This document shows, piece after piece, positions 10,389 through 19,884 of a stretch of DNA of 64,000 nucleotides. The first letter of the stretch is position 1, and each line of letters opens with the position of its first letter. The notes beneath the pieces are model-generated. The model was not told where the DNA came from, made no database searches, and saw only the letters and a list, made by a program, of their open reading frames with translations. Both the position numbers and the translations under genes were made by a program. The stretch is from an uncultured Gemmatimonadales bacterium. GTDB lineage: Bacteria > Gemmatimonadota > Gemmatimonadetes > Longimicrobiales > Gaopeijiaceae. The DNA is taken from contig CAWELD010000003.1 in the NCBI GenBank assembly GCA_963809895.1, positions 3,104,001-3,168,000 on the forward strand, in the 5' to 3' direction.

Positions 10389-12182
10389 TTACAGGAGCGG
10401 ATCGGACAGCGTCACACCCACCTTCGCGGCGAGCTCCCGGAAGGCGGGCTCGTCTCGCAACGGCGCGAAGGTGACGTCGTGGAAGACGAACGGGAGTCGC
10501 ACGTCGCCCTCTGCGTACGCCCGTTCGAGCCATGCCAGCGCCTTGTCGTGTTGCCCGACACGTACGTAGGCGGCGGCGATGGCGGTCGTCCGCAAGCGCC
10601 ACGAGGGCTGGGTGATCAGGTCCAGCATGGCGACGACCTCACCGCGCCTGGCGGGATCGCCGGCAGCGAGCGCCACGCGCTCCAGCACGCCCACCTCAGG
10701 GCCGACCAGTTCCGCGTATCGGTGATAACCGTCGGCGGCGTCACGAGAACGCCCGGCATCGAGATAGGCGGTGGCGAGGGCTACCTGCGCGGCGGGGTAG
10801 GTCGCGTCGAGGCGCGTCGCGCGCTCGAGTTGGGTGACGGCCTCCGCCGTCCGCCCGCTTTTCCGCAAGAGCTCGCCGTACCCCAGGTTGAATCGCGGGG
10901 CCAGGGGGTCGAGGTCCAGCGCCCGCCGCTCGGCGTCGAGCGCCTCTTCGATCTGTCCGCGGGCCCCGAGCGCCTCGGACAGCCAGTCCCACGCCTGAGC
11001 CAGAGACGGCTTGAGCCGGATCGCCTGCCGCAGCGCGGCCTCGGCGCCCTCGAAATCGTAGTCCACGTGGAAGCGCAGATCGCCCAGAGCGGCGTAGGCT
11101 TCCGCGACCGTGCTGTCCAGGGCCAGCGCCCGCTCGGCCGCGGCGACGCCGAGGGGCCCGCTGTCACGCGGAGAGACCTCGGCGTAGAAGGGGAGGACCG
11201 CGTAGGTCAGCGCCCGACCGGCGTACGCGAGCGCGTAGCTGGAGTCGATGGCGATGGCGCTTCCGAAGAGGTCGAGGGCACGACGCAGATCCGCTTCGCG
11301 GCGGCGGCTGAAGGCATCGATGCCGCGCAGGTAGAGGTCGTAGGCCTCCACGTCGTCGGTGGGAATCGACGCGATACGGCTCGCCTCCTCGGGCTGGATC
11401 GTCGCCTTCAGCGACGCCGCCACCCTGCGGGCCACCTGCGCCTGGAACGCGAGTAGTCCCTGGACGGTGAGGTCACCGTCGTAGACCTCGGCCCACACGT
11501 GGGCGTCGCTCGCGCTCTCGATGAGCTGGAGGTTGATGCGCACCTCCTGATCGATGCGCGCGACACTGCCCTCCACGATCCAGCGCGCCCCGAGCTCCCG
11601 ACCCAGGGTGCGCATCGGAGCACGCTCCGGACCCGGCGGAAAACGCATGGTGGAGGAACGCGAGATGACGTGGAGGTCGGAGATCTTCTCGAGCTGGGTG
11701 AGGATCTCGTCCTGCACCCCGATGGCGAAGAAGGCGTTGTCCGGGTCCGTGCTCAGGTTTTCCAACGGAACCACCGCGACCGTCCTGTCACCGACGCCGG
11801 AGGTGCCCCCCGAAGCGGCCGAGCGCGCGAGCCAGCCCGCGCCCACGCCGACCGCGAGCATCACCACGACGAGCACCGCCGTGCGCACCGGGATCCAGGC
11901 GGCCGGAGCGGCGGCGGCCACGACCTCCTCCTCGTCTCCGTCGGGCGAGCGCACGACTCCCTCGGGGGTGAGGTCGAAGACCCACGCCAGGCCGAGAGCA
12001 ACCGGGAGGCCGAGCGCCGCGAGGGCCAGCAGGACGGACAGCGCGCGATCCGGAAGCTGGAGAATCGGGAAGACGACATCCGCCGCCTGCAGGACCGCGA
12101 ACGCCGCGGCGACGTAGACCATCGCCGCCCGCACGACCCTGCGGCGCTTGAGCTCGCCGAAGAACGACGGTGGCGGCGTCAC
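10389..12182 (-). CDS. Membrane-anchored TolB-N-like/TPR protein
   Basis: FFGELKRRRVVRAA N-terminus, TM segments, VAVVPLENLS..D..FF, KISDLHVISRSS, EAYDLYLRG TPRs; start inferred. Confidence 0.85.
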   Translation of the reverse strand: MTPPPSFFGELKRRRVVRAAMVYVAAAFAVLQAADVVFPILQLPDRALSVLLALAALGLPVALGLAWVFDLTPEGVVRSPDGDEEEVVAAAAPAAWIPVRTAVLVVVMLAVGVGAGWLARSAASGGTSGVGDRTVAVVPLENLSTDPDNAFFAIGVQDEILTQLEKISDLHVISRSSTMRFPPGPERAPMRTLGRELGARWIVEGSVARIDQEVRINLQLIESASDAHVWAEVYDGDLTVQGLLAFQAQVARRVAASLKATIQPEEASRIASIPTDDVEAYDLYLRGIDAFSRRREADLRRALDLFGSAIAIDSSYALAYAGRALTYAVLPFYAEVSPRDSGPLGVAAAERALALDSTVAEAYAALGDLRFHVDYDFEGAEAALRQAIRLKPSLAQAWDWLSEALGARGQIEEALDAERRALDLDPLAPRFNLGYGELLRKSGRTAEAVTQLERATRLDATYPAAQVALATAYLDAGRSRDAADGYHRYAELVGPEVGVLERVALAAGDPARRGEVVAMLDLITQPSWRLRTTAIAAAYVRVGQHDKALAWLERAYAEGDVRLPFVFHDVTFAPLRDEPAFRELAAKVGVTLSDPLL

Positions 12183-12443
12183 GAACGGGTCGGCGGTGAG
12201 GGCGTGGAGAGCATCCGCGGAAGATGCCAGGGTCCCGGGGGACGCGCCATTGCCCTGGCGCTTCAGGACATCCATCCGTGCGGGGGCGGCTCCGTGAGCG
12301 CGCAGAATCAGGGGTGATGCCTGGACCTGCGCGAAATCCGCACGCATTCGCGCGAGATCTTCAATCGGGTCGGGGGGGATGGGAGCCATCGTCCAACCCC
12401 GACGACCGGTTCCGTCCTCGCCCCACGCAAAGGAGCGCGTCTC

Positions 12444-14123
12444 ATGTTCGGCCCCCTCGCCCTGCCCCAACGCGGTATCCCCCTCTCCATGGCCGTCGCG
12501 GCGACTCTCGTCGCTGCCGCCTGCGGCGGCGACAACGGCACCGAGCCGACACCCACCGAACAGAAGACCGGCACCGTCACGGTCTCCGTGACCACCGCCG
12601 GTGTCGAGCTGGACGTCGACGGATACCAGATCCGGATCGACGGGGCACTCAAGGGCAACATCGCCGTCGACGGCTCCCTCACCCTCAGCGACCTCTCCGT
12701 CGGAGCGCGCAGCGTGTCGCTGGAGGGGCTCGCCCGCAACTGTGCGGTCTCCGGTGCGAATCCGGCCACCGCCACGGTCGCCGCCGATCAGACCACGTCC
12801 GTGGCCTTCGAGGTGTTGTGCGCTGAGGACCTCGGCTCCCTCCACATCGTGACCAGCACCGAGGGGCGGGTCCTGGATCCCGACGGCTACTCGGTCACGG
12901 TGGACGGGGATGTCGAGGAGGCACTCGGCATCGACGACGAGGTCACCCTCCAGCTCAAGCCCGGCACCCACACGATCACCCTCCAGGGCCAGGCCGCGAA
13001 CTGTGCGCCCAGGGGATTGCCCGAGGCGACGGCGACGGTTCCGTTCGGCGACACGAAAGACGTGACCTTCGAGCTCGTCTGCTTCGAGGATCCCATCGTA
13101 TTCGAGCGGGAACGCAACTCCGATGGGCGGGATCTCTGGGTCGTGGACGCCAGCGGAGGGCCCGAGGTCCGTCTCACCGACGACCCCGTGAACCTCGACT
13201 ACAGCGGCCTCTCCATCAGCGGATCCGCCTGGAATCCCGGCCACACCCACGTGGTGTTCCAGAGCGCTCCCGTATCGAGCTTCACCGACTACGACATCTA
13301 CGTCCTGGCCCTCAACAAGAGCGAGATGTTCCACCTCCAGGAGGACGGTACCCAGGTCCAGCCCCAGTGGTCGCCCGACGGATCCAGGATCCTGTTCGGC
13401 GACTTCGGCCCCGGGCGTTTCGCCGACATCTTCGTGGCGGACCCCCAACTGACCGAGGTGACCAACATCACGCAGTCGGCGGTCTGGGAGAACGCTGCCA
13501 CCTGGTCGCCGGACGGATCCCGAATCCTGGCCGTGGCCGATCCGGCGAGCGGCCCACCCTCCGGTGCGCTGGTCGTCTTCAATGCCGACGGCTCCGGCCG
13601 CGTGGACCTCTCCGAGATCGTCGGCGGGCACGATGCAGGCGTGAACGATCAGGACCCGAGATGGTCGCCGGACGGCTCGAAGATCGCATTCCTCCGCTAT
13701 CGGGAGGAGAACCTGGAAGGTGACATCTGGGTGGCCGACGCGGACGGATCGAACGCGGTGCGGCTCACGGACACCCCGAACGACGGGAAGTTCGAGCTCT
13801 TGTGGAGCCCGGACGGGTCGACGCTGTACTACTCCCTCTGCCCCGACTGCACCACGTCATCCGGACCGGCGACGACGGACGTCTGGGCCATGGCAGTGGA
13901 TGGATCGAGCAACGTCCAGGTCACCGACTCTGGTGACGAGGCGCCAGGCGCGTTCAACGCCACGACGACGTTCGCCGGGGAGGTGCCGGCGGGGACGAGT
14001 CTGGTGACGGTCAACGGCATCCTGAGCATCGGCCTGCAACTCTACCGCATGGCTCCCGACGGGTCCGGGCGGGTGGCGATCACCTCCACCCAGGGCAGCG
14101 CCAACAACCCGCACTGGCGGTAG
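12444..14123 (+). CDS. Lipoprotein with Ig/PEGA-like repeats and TolB/PD40 propeller
   Basis: AAC lipobox; two D.DGY.V.VDG repeats; multiple WSPDGS motifs; AAGGAG RBS. Confidence 0.85.
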   Translation: MFGPLALPQRGIPLSMAVAATLVAAACGGDNGTEPTPTEQKTGTVTVSVTTAGVELDVDGYQIRIDGALKGNIAVDGSLTLSDLSVGARSVSLEGLARNCAVSGANPATATVAADQTTSVAFEVLCAEDLGSLHIVTSTEGRVLDPDGYSVTVDGDVEEALGIDDEVTLQLKPGTHTITLQGQAANCAPRGLPEATATVPFGDTKDVTFELVCFEDPIVFERERNSDGRDLWVVDASGGPEVRLTDDPVNLDYSGLSISGSAWNPGHTHVVFQSAPVSSFTDYDIYVLALNKSEMFHLQEDGTQVQPQWSPDGSRILFGDFGPGRFADIFVADPQLTEVTNITQSAVWENAATWSPDGSRILAVADPASGPPSGALVVFNADGSGRVDLSEIVGGHDAGVNDQDPRWSPDGSKIAFLRYREENLEGDIWVADADGSNAVRLTDTPNDGKFELLWSPDGSTLYYSLCPDCTTSSGPATTDVWAMAVDGSSNVQVTDSGDEAPGAFNATTTFAGEVPAGTSLVTVNGILSIGLQLYRMAPDGSGRVAITSTQGSANNPHWR

Positions 14124-14140
14124 GTCGCCGAACGTCGACC

Positions 14141-14196
14141 GGCGGCGGGCGCCGCTCGCCTCGTGAACCGCCCCCCCGGGCGGGGCGCCCGCCGCC
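14141..14196. terminator. GC-rich inverted repeat between convergent genes
   Basis: GGCGGCGGGCGCC (14141-14153) pairs with GGCGCCCGCCGCC (14184-14196); no U-tract. Confidence 0.4.
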
Positions 14197-14209
14197 TCGA
14201 AGCGAGGCT

Positions 14210-15913
14210 CTACTTCACTCCACCTCGGGCGACGACCAACGGCTTCAGGGGGATGGCCGTCGCCTGCATGGGGAATTCCAGCTCGGTGGCGCCCTCGGGT
14301 CCGACGGCGACGCGCACCTCGGACTGCGCGTAGCCGATGAGCTCGACCGCCACCGGACGCTCGCCCGCCGGAACCCCTTCGATGCGGAACCTGCCCTCGA
14401 TGTCGGCCAGGGTGCCCCGGCCGGTTCCCGGCACGTAGACCTGGGCGTTGGGCAGCGGACGCCCGGACGTCACGTCGCGGACCACGCCGGTGACGACGCC
14501 GGTTTCGCCGGCTGCGGCGGCCTCGTCCAACGCCGGGCTCGCGAGCACGCGGGGCGCCGGGCCGGAAGGAACAGCCGGCTTGTCCAACGCGCTGCCGTCA
14601 ACGCTCCCGAAGACCACCGGGAGCGAGACCCAGACGGGTATCTTCTGGTCGCGGTTCAGCGCCGGAGTGAAGGTCACGTCGGCCAGCGTCCTCAGGGCGA
14701 GCTGGTCCAGCTCCCGGGATCCACTGGAGTGGCTGACACGGGTATCCCGTACCCGACCGCCCTCGCCGATGAACAGCCAGACGGTGACCCGCCCCCGAGA
14801 GATCTCGGAGAGGGCAGCGTAGCGCGCTTCCAGGGCGCCGGTCACCTCATCGGCGTTCGTCGGCTGCGGCGACACCGTATAGGGCGTGAAGACCGGATAG
14901 GAGGAGTCGCCTGTCGGAGCGCCGGTCGCCGCGACGGAGCTGGACCCGGTCCGGCTCGCGTCGGCACTGCTCTCGGGCCCTGCGTCGGTGGGGGGTGGCG
15001 CGTTGCAGGCGAGGATTCCCAGAAGAACGGCGGTTCCCGTGAAGAGGCTGCCGCTGAGCCAGGGTCGCTTCGGGCCGGGCGTGGTCATGATGCGGATCCT
15101 CCGCTTGAGAGTCTGATACGGTTCGGAGAGGAGGGCGGCCAGGGGCGCGGGCACGGCCGGACGCCGCCCCATGGCCAGGAGAAGGTCGATGTAGGCGCGA
15201 GTCCCCGTGGGGTGCCGCCCGAGCACCCGCAGGTCGCAGTCCCCTTCCACCGCCGTGCGCAGGCGGGAGAGCTGCCACCACAGGGGCAGGTGCCAGGGCA
15301 CCAGGATGGGGAGGAGACCGGCGGTCAGCAGGAGCCGCAGGTCACCGGCTCGCAGATGCTCCACCTCGTGCTCCAGCACGAAGCCGAGCCTGTCCGGGTC
15401 CAGCTCCTCGCACCATCCCGGGAGCACGACCCGCGGCCGGAGGAATCCCACAACGGCGGGGCCCCATCCCCCTGAGACGAGGACCTCCCGACCCGCCACC
15501 CGGGCCGTGCGCCATCCTCTGCGCAGTCGCCGGGTGCGAAAGACCAGGACGAGAAGGAAGAGGCCGAGGGCGGCCGTGGCCAGCGCCCACGCCGTCAGGA
15601 TCGGGCGATCGAGGCTCCGGAGCGGCGAGTCCGGCGCCACCTGCAGGATCACCGGCTCCGGTGTCGGGCGCGGCCGCGTGCTTCGAGCCGCCGGCATCGG
15701 GGCCGTCGTCTGGACGAGTGTCGGTGACGGCGGGGCCGGGCGATTCGTCCAGGCCCACAGCGCCACCGGCCACCCCACCGAAGCAACGAGGGCCATCGTC
15801 CACACCCAACGTGCGGGACGCCGGTGGGCGCGCAGCACGTGCTCGAGGGCCAGCGCGCCGGCGCTCAAAAGGCAGCCCACGAGGAGGGCGTAAAGAATCC
15901 AGGCGGCGATCAT
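14210..15913 (-). CDS. M56 (BlaR1-like) peptidase fused to TonB-C and carboxypeptidase-regulatory-like domains
   Basis: GPAVVGFLRPRVVLP, HEVEH zinc motif, LKRRI; TonB-C (SSGSRELDQLAL..FTPA); VTGVVRD..GRPLPNAQV. Confidence 0.88.
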   Translation of the reverse strand: MIAAWILYALLVGCLLSAGALALEHVLRAHRRPARWVWTMALVASVGWPVALWAWTNRPAPPSPTLVQTTAPMPAARSTRPRPTPEPVILQVAPDSPLRSLDRPILTAWALATAALGLFLLVLVFRTRRLRRGWRTARVAGREVLVSGGWGPAVVGFLRPRVVLPGWCEELDPDRLGFVLEHEVEHLRAGDLRLLLTAGLLPILVPWHLPLWWQLSRLRTAVEGDCDLRVLGRHPTGTRAYIDLLLAMGRRPAVPAPLAALLSEPYQTLKRRIRIMTTPGPKRPWLSGSLFTGTAVLLGILACNAPPPTDAGPESSADASRTGSSSVAATGAPTGDSSYPVFTPYTVSPQPTNADEVTGALEARYAALSEISRGRVTVWLFIGEGGRVRDTRVSHSSGSRELDQLALRTLADVTFTPALNRDQKIPVWVSLPVVFGSVDGSALDKPAVPSGPAPRVLASPALDEAAAAGETGVVTGVVRDVTSGRPLPNAQVYVPGTGRGTLADIEGRFRIEGVPAGERPVAVELIGYAQSEVRVAVGPEGATELEFPMQATAIPLKPLVVARGGVK

Positions 15914-16281
15914 TCTTCCCCTCCTTCCTTCAGGCGCTCGTCCACCAGCGCCCGCAACTCCTCGAGCTCCTCCTGGGTGAGCTCGCCCCGGCCGAGGAGG
16001 TGGGCCATGAGCATCCTCGGCGAATCGCCGAAGAGCTCGTGCGTGAGCCGCCGCACCGTGCTGGTCCGCACCGCGCTGCGCTCCAGCACCGGCAGGTAGC
16101 GATGGGCCTTGCCCTCGGACTCGTGCTCCACGTGTCCCTTGTCCTCGAGGCGCTGCAGGATGGTGAGGACCGTGGTGTAGGCCAGCTCGTCGGAGAGGCG
16201 CTCCAGGACCTCGGCGACCGTGGCCGAGCCCCGATCCCAGAGCACGTTCATGACGTCGAGTTCGCGAGAGGAGAGGATCAT
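15910..16281 (-). CDS. BlaI/MecI/CopY family repressor
   Basis: LSSRELDVMNVLW..GSATVAEV...LAYTTVLTILQRLEDKG; coupled to the M56 gene. Confidence 0.93.
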   Translation of the reverse strand: MILSSRELDVMNVLWDRGSATVAEVLERLSDELAYTTVLTILQRLEDKGHVEHESEGKAHRYLPVLERSAVRTSTVRRLTHELFGDSPRMLMAHLLGRGELTQEELEELRALVDERLKEGGEE

Positions 16282-16396
16282 GGGATGCCTCGTGTGGGTG
16301 GCCTCGTGGGGAGGTTTGCTGGTGCGCCTGGCATGGGAGACCCTGGACTGGCGAGCCTGGCATGGGCCCGACAGGGGCGCCCCCTGGGGCGTTTGT

Positions 16397-16456
16397 TACT
16401 ACATGAGTAGTACGAACCTACGCCCGGCATCCCGCTAAGTCAACTACCTTTGTAGT
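16397..16456. promoter_or_regulatory. Two BlaI-type operator palindromes
   Basis: TACTAC-N4-GTAGTA (16397-16412) and ACTAC-N4-GTAGT (16443-16456) in an AT-rich patch upstream of the blaI-like gene. Confidence 0.7.
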
Positions 16457-16545
16457 AGGACGGCGGTCGAGGCGGGAGCCGGTTCGTCCCGCGACCGCCG
16501 TCTCCATGCGCCCTCGAGCCTTGGGCATCGCCGTCGCCCCCCCGA

Positions 16546-16719
16546 CATGGTCATCGCAGCCGTCGAGGGCCGGGCCGCCGGGGGATGGCTGCGAAGACCA
16601 GGATTGTCATGGTCTTCGCCGCCCGGGACCCCCGCGGCGCCCTCGGCGGCTGCAAACGCCAGGATAGTCATGGTCTTTGCAGCCGCCCCCATGGCCGGGC
16701 ACCGTCCCCGGCGGCAAAC
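16546..16719 (+). repeat. Palindromic 37-bp repeat mini-array, copy A
   Basis: Half unit 16546-16561; full units 16587-16623 and 16648-16684; half unit 16710-16719; linkers 25/24/25 nt. Confidence 0.9.
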
Positions 16720-16853
16720 CCCGCGCTCGGCGCGAGCCCTGTCCCGGCGGTTCGCGGTTCGCGGTTCGCGTGGGAGCCAGCCGCCCTCGCTTCAGGCGTC
16801 GCCTGATTGGTGGCGCCTCCTCACCTCGGAGGTCGGGCCGGCCGCCGTACCGC

Positions 16854-16885
16854 TGTCGATTCCAGCCCCGCCCGTTCGTAGCAGG
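16854..16885 (+). promoter_or_regulatory. Putative ECF42 promoter
   Basis: TGTCGA-N17-CGTAG; near-identical to 19469-19500. Confidence 0.6.
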
Positions 16886-16981
16886 AGTGGGAGGAGCATT
16901 CCTCTCGCCCGTGGCTCTTGACATCCCGCTCGCTGGAGAGCCTCTCTGTACCACCGCGGAGAGAGCCCTCTCGGCGAGCCA

Positions 16982-19438
16982 TTGAACCCTCCGATCCGGA
17001 CGACCCTCCCCATGCGGTACGCCCTCCGCTCGCTGCTGAAAGCGCCTGTCTTTTCCTTCCTGGTCATCCTCACGGTCTCGCTGGGGATCGGCGCCACCAC
17101 CGCGGTCTTCTGTGTCTTCCGTGGCGTGCTGCTACGACCACTTCCTCACGAGGGCGGCGACCGCATCGTCTACCTGAAACAGTCGGCGGCGAAGGCGGGG
17201 ACCGACGACGTGAAGTTCTCCGTCCCGGAGATCATCGACTTTCGCGAAGGGGTCGACGCGTTGGACGGGGTCGCCGAGTTCTCCGCCATGCCGTTCACCA
17301 TGCTCGGCGCCGGCACGCCGACCGAGGTGCGCACAGGCATCGTCAGCGCCAACTACTTCGAGGTGATGGGGCTGAGCCCGGTATTGGGCCGCGTCCTGGG
17401 GCCGGGAGACGCCGGCCCCACCGCCGATCCGGTCATGATCCTCACCTGGGAATATTGGCGTCGCGCCTTCGGCGAGGACCCGTCGGTGCTGGGCCGCACC
17501 GTGGAGATGAACGGCCGCTCGGCGACCATCGTCGGGGTGCTCGAGCCCGCGCCCCCGTTTCCAGGCGAGACGGACGTGTTCGTGAACATCGTGACGAGCC
17601 CCCACCACATGAGCGCGGAGATGGTGCACGGCCGTTCGCACCGCATGGACGACGCGTTCGCGCGTCTGGCGCCCGGCGCTACCATCGACGCGGCGCGCCG
17701 GGAGCTGGCACAGGTCACGAACCGGATGTACGCCGACTATCCGGAGAACTACGATCCGGCAGCGGGCTACGAGACGACGGTCGTGCCGCTACGAGAGGCG
17801 CTGGTGGCCAGAGCCCGCACGACGCTCTATCTGCTCATGGCCGCCGCGGGCCTCCTCCTCGTGGTGACCTGTGCGAACGCGGCGAACCTGGTGCTCACGC
17901 GCAATCTCCGCCGGGACCGGGAGTTCGCCGTGCGTTGGGCCCTGGGCGCCGGCCGGGCGGGACTGCGCCGCATCCTCCTGACGGAGTGCGGAATCCTGGC
18001 CGGCGTGGGCGCGCTGCTGGGGCTGGGTTTCGCGTACCTGGGCCTGGGCCTGCTGGTGCACTTCGCCGAGCGCTTCACGACCCGCGCCAGCGAGATCCAC
18101 ATGGATCCGGCGGTCCTGGCCTTCACGACGGCGGTGGCTTGCCTGGCAGCCGTGGCGTTCGCTTTCGCGCCGGGACTGCGCGATCAGGAGGGTACGGGCG
18201 CGGCCCTCACGCGCTCGGGCGCGCGCACGACCCGGAGCGGACGACGGCTGCAGCGAGGGCTCATCGTCGCCCAGGTGGGGGGTAGCGTCACCGTGCTGAC
18301 GGCAGCCGGCCTGCTGGGTCGCACGCTGCTGGCGCTCAACGCCGTGGACCCCGGGGTGCGGGTGGAGAACACGCTCACCCTGGAAGCTCCGGTCACGATG
18401 GAGGGTCGGATGCCCGACGAGGTCGTCGCCCTCCAGGAGGAGATGGCGCGTCGGATCGGGTCCCTCCCGGGCGTCGAGGACGTGGGCGTGGGGCTGAGCG
18501 TCCCGCTGCGCGGCAGCCTGGTCAAACTGGAGATCAAGGCGGAAGCGCGTCCGCTGGCCCCGGGCGAGCCGATCCCCCTCGCCGAGTACCGGACGGCGAC
18601 GCCGGAGTTCTTCGACGCGGCCGGGATGCGGATCCTCGCGGGCCGGGGGTTCGCCGCGACGGACGAGGCAGGCAGCGCCCGGGTGGCCGTCGTAAACCAG
18701 GCGCTGGCCGAGCGGCTCTTCGGCGATGAGGACCCCCTGGGCAGGCGGGTCACGTGGACGGGTCAGGTGCTGTCCGCCATCGGCATGAAGGAGGACTGGC
18801 GTACCATCGTGGGCGTGGTGAGCAACACGCGTGACGACGGCCCGGATCAGCCCCCGCCGCCGACGCTCTATCAGCCCCTCACGCAGAACGACCTGGCCTA
18901 CTATCCGGGCGCCTTCGTCATCCGCGGCGCGCAGGCGTCCGCGCTGGCCCCGCAGGTGCAGCGGATCATCAACGAGATGGCGCCGGAGCAACCGGTGCTC
19001 CGGGTCGCCACGCTGGAGCAGATCCGCCAGGAGAAGATCGCCGCCGAGCGGCTCAACACGTTCCTGGTGGGGACGCTGGGGATGCTGGCCCTCGTCATCG
19101 CGGCGGTGGGGCTCGCCGGCGTGCTCTCCTTCCTGGTGAGCGAGCGTACCGCGGAGATCGGCATCCGCATGAGCCTTGGTGCGGACGCACGCACGGTTCT
19201 GCGGATGGTTCTGGGAGACGGAGTGCGCCTTCTGGCAGCCGGCAGCGTGCTTGGCTTGCTGGGTTCGCTGGCAGTGGCGCGACTCCTCCAGGGACTGCTC
19301 TACGGGACCCAGGCCACCGACCCCCGCACCCTGGCGGTCGTGCTCCTTGTGATGACCACCGTCGGCCTGGGGGCGACGGCGGGTCCCGCCATGCGAGCCG
19401 CCAGGGTTGATCCCCTGGAGGCGATCCGCAAGGAGTGA
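16982..19438 (+). CDS. ADOP-family duplicated ABC permease (MacB-PCD/FtsX x2)
   Basis: RYALRSLLKAPVFS..LGIGATTAVF; CANAANL; ERTAEIGIRMSLGA; RAARVDPLEAIRKE. Confidence 0.93.
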   Translation: MNPPIRTTLPMRYALRSLLKAPVFSFLVILTVSLGIGATTAVFCVFRGVLLRPLPHEGGDRIVYLKQSAAKAGTDDVKFSVPEIIDFREGVDALDGVAEFSAMPFTMLGAGTPTEVRTGIVSANYFEVMGLSPVLGRVLGPGDAGPTADPVMILTWEYWRRAFGEDPSVLGRTVEMNGRSATIVGVLEPAPPFPGETDVFVNIVTSPHHMSAEMVHGRSHRMDDAFARLAPGATIDAARRELAQVTNRMYADYPENYDPAAGYETTVVPLREALVARARTTLYLLMAAAGLLLVVTCANAANLVLTRNLRRDREFAVRWALGAGRAGLRRILLTECGILAGVGALLGLGFAYLGLGLLVHFAERFTTRASEIHMDPAVLAFTTAVACLAAVAFAFAPGLRDQEGTGAALTRSGARTTRSGRRLQRGLIVAQVGGSVTVLTAAGLLGRTLLALNAVDPGVRVENTLTLEAPVTMEGRMPDEVVALQEEMARRIGSLPGVEDVGVGLSVPLRGSLVKLEIKAEARPLAPGEPIPLAEYRTATPEFFDAAGMRILAGRGFAATDEAGSARVAVVNQALAERLFGDEDPLGRRVTWTGQVLSAIGMKEDWRTIVGVVSNTRDDGPDQPPPPTLYQPLTQNDLAYYPGAFVIRGAQASALAPQVQRIINEMAPEQPVLRVATLEQIRQEKIAAERLNTFLVGTLGMLALVIAAVGLAGVLSFLVSERTAEIGIRMSLGADARTVLRMVLGDGVRLLAAGSVLGLLGSLAVARLLQGLLYGTQATDPRTLAVVLLVMTTVGLGATAGPAMRAARVDPLEAIRKE

Positions 19439-19468
19439 CATCCGGAACGCGCTCGCCGGCCGTGCCTT

Positions 19469-19500
19469 TGTCGAATCCGGCGTCGCCCGTTCGTAGCAGG
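19469..19500 (+). promoter_or_regulatory. Putative ECF42 promoter of the yciI-sigma-yciI operon
   Basis: TGTCGA-N17-CGTAG about 50 nt upstream of the DGPF gene; TGTCGA is the -35 element described for ECF42. Confidence 0.7.
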
Positions 19501-19552
19501 GGTGAACGGCTGCCCATCCGGCGGCCACCCACGCGAGAGGAGATATTCCGAG

Positions 19553-19882
19553 ATGCACTACCTGGTTTCCGTGATCGATGACGGTACCGGCGCCGCCACT
19601 TCCGCCGAGATGGAGGCCATCGACGTATTCAACGAGCGGCTCCAGGCCGACGGTCACTGGGTCTACGCCAACGGCCTCGCAGCGCCCGACGCCGCCACCG
19701 TCGTCGATGGTCGCGGTGAGGAGCCCATCTTCACCGACGGTCCGTTCGTGGAAACCAAGGAGTACCTCGCCGGCTTCTGGATCCTCGAGGCGCCCGATCT
19801 CGATGCGGCGCTCGAGCTCGCCGCCGAGGGTTCGAAGGCCTGCAATCGCAGGGTCGAGGTCCGGCCAGTCCTGAGCGAGTAG
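19553..19882 (+). CDS. YciI/DGPF family protein
   Basis: TDGPFVETKEYLAGFW...VEVRP. Confidence 0.92.
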   Translation: MHYLVSVIDDGTGAATSAEMEAIDVFNERLQADGHWVYANGLAAPDAATVVDGRGEEPIFTDGPFVETKEYLAGFWILEAPDLDAALELAAEGSKACNRRVEVRPVLSE

Positions 19883-19884
19883 GC

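Noticed and set aside
12183..13631. N-terminal half of the 1080-aa minus ORF 10389-13631
   Set aside because: Antisense shadow of the + strand lipoprotein 12444-14123
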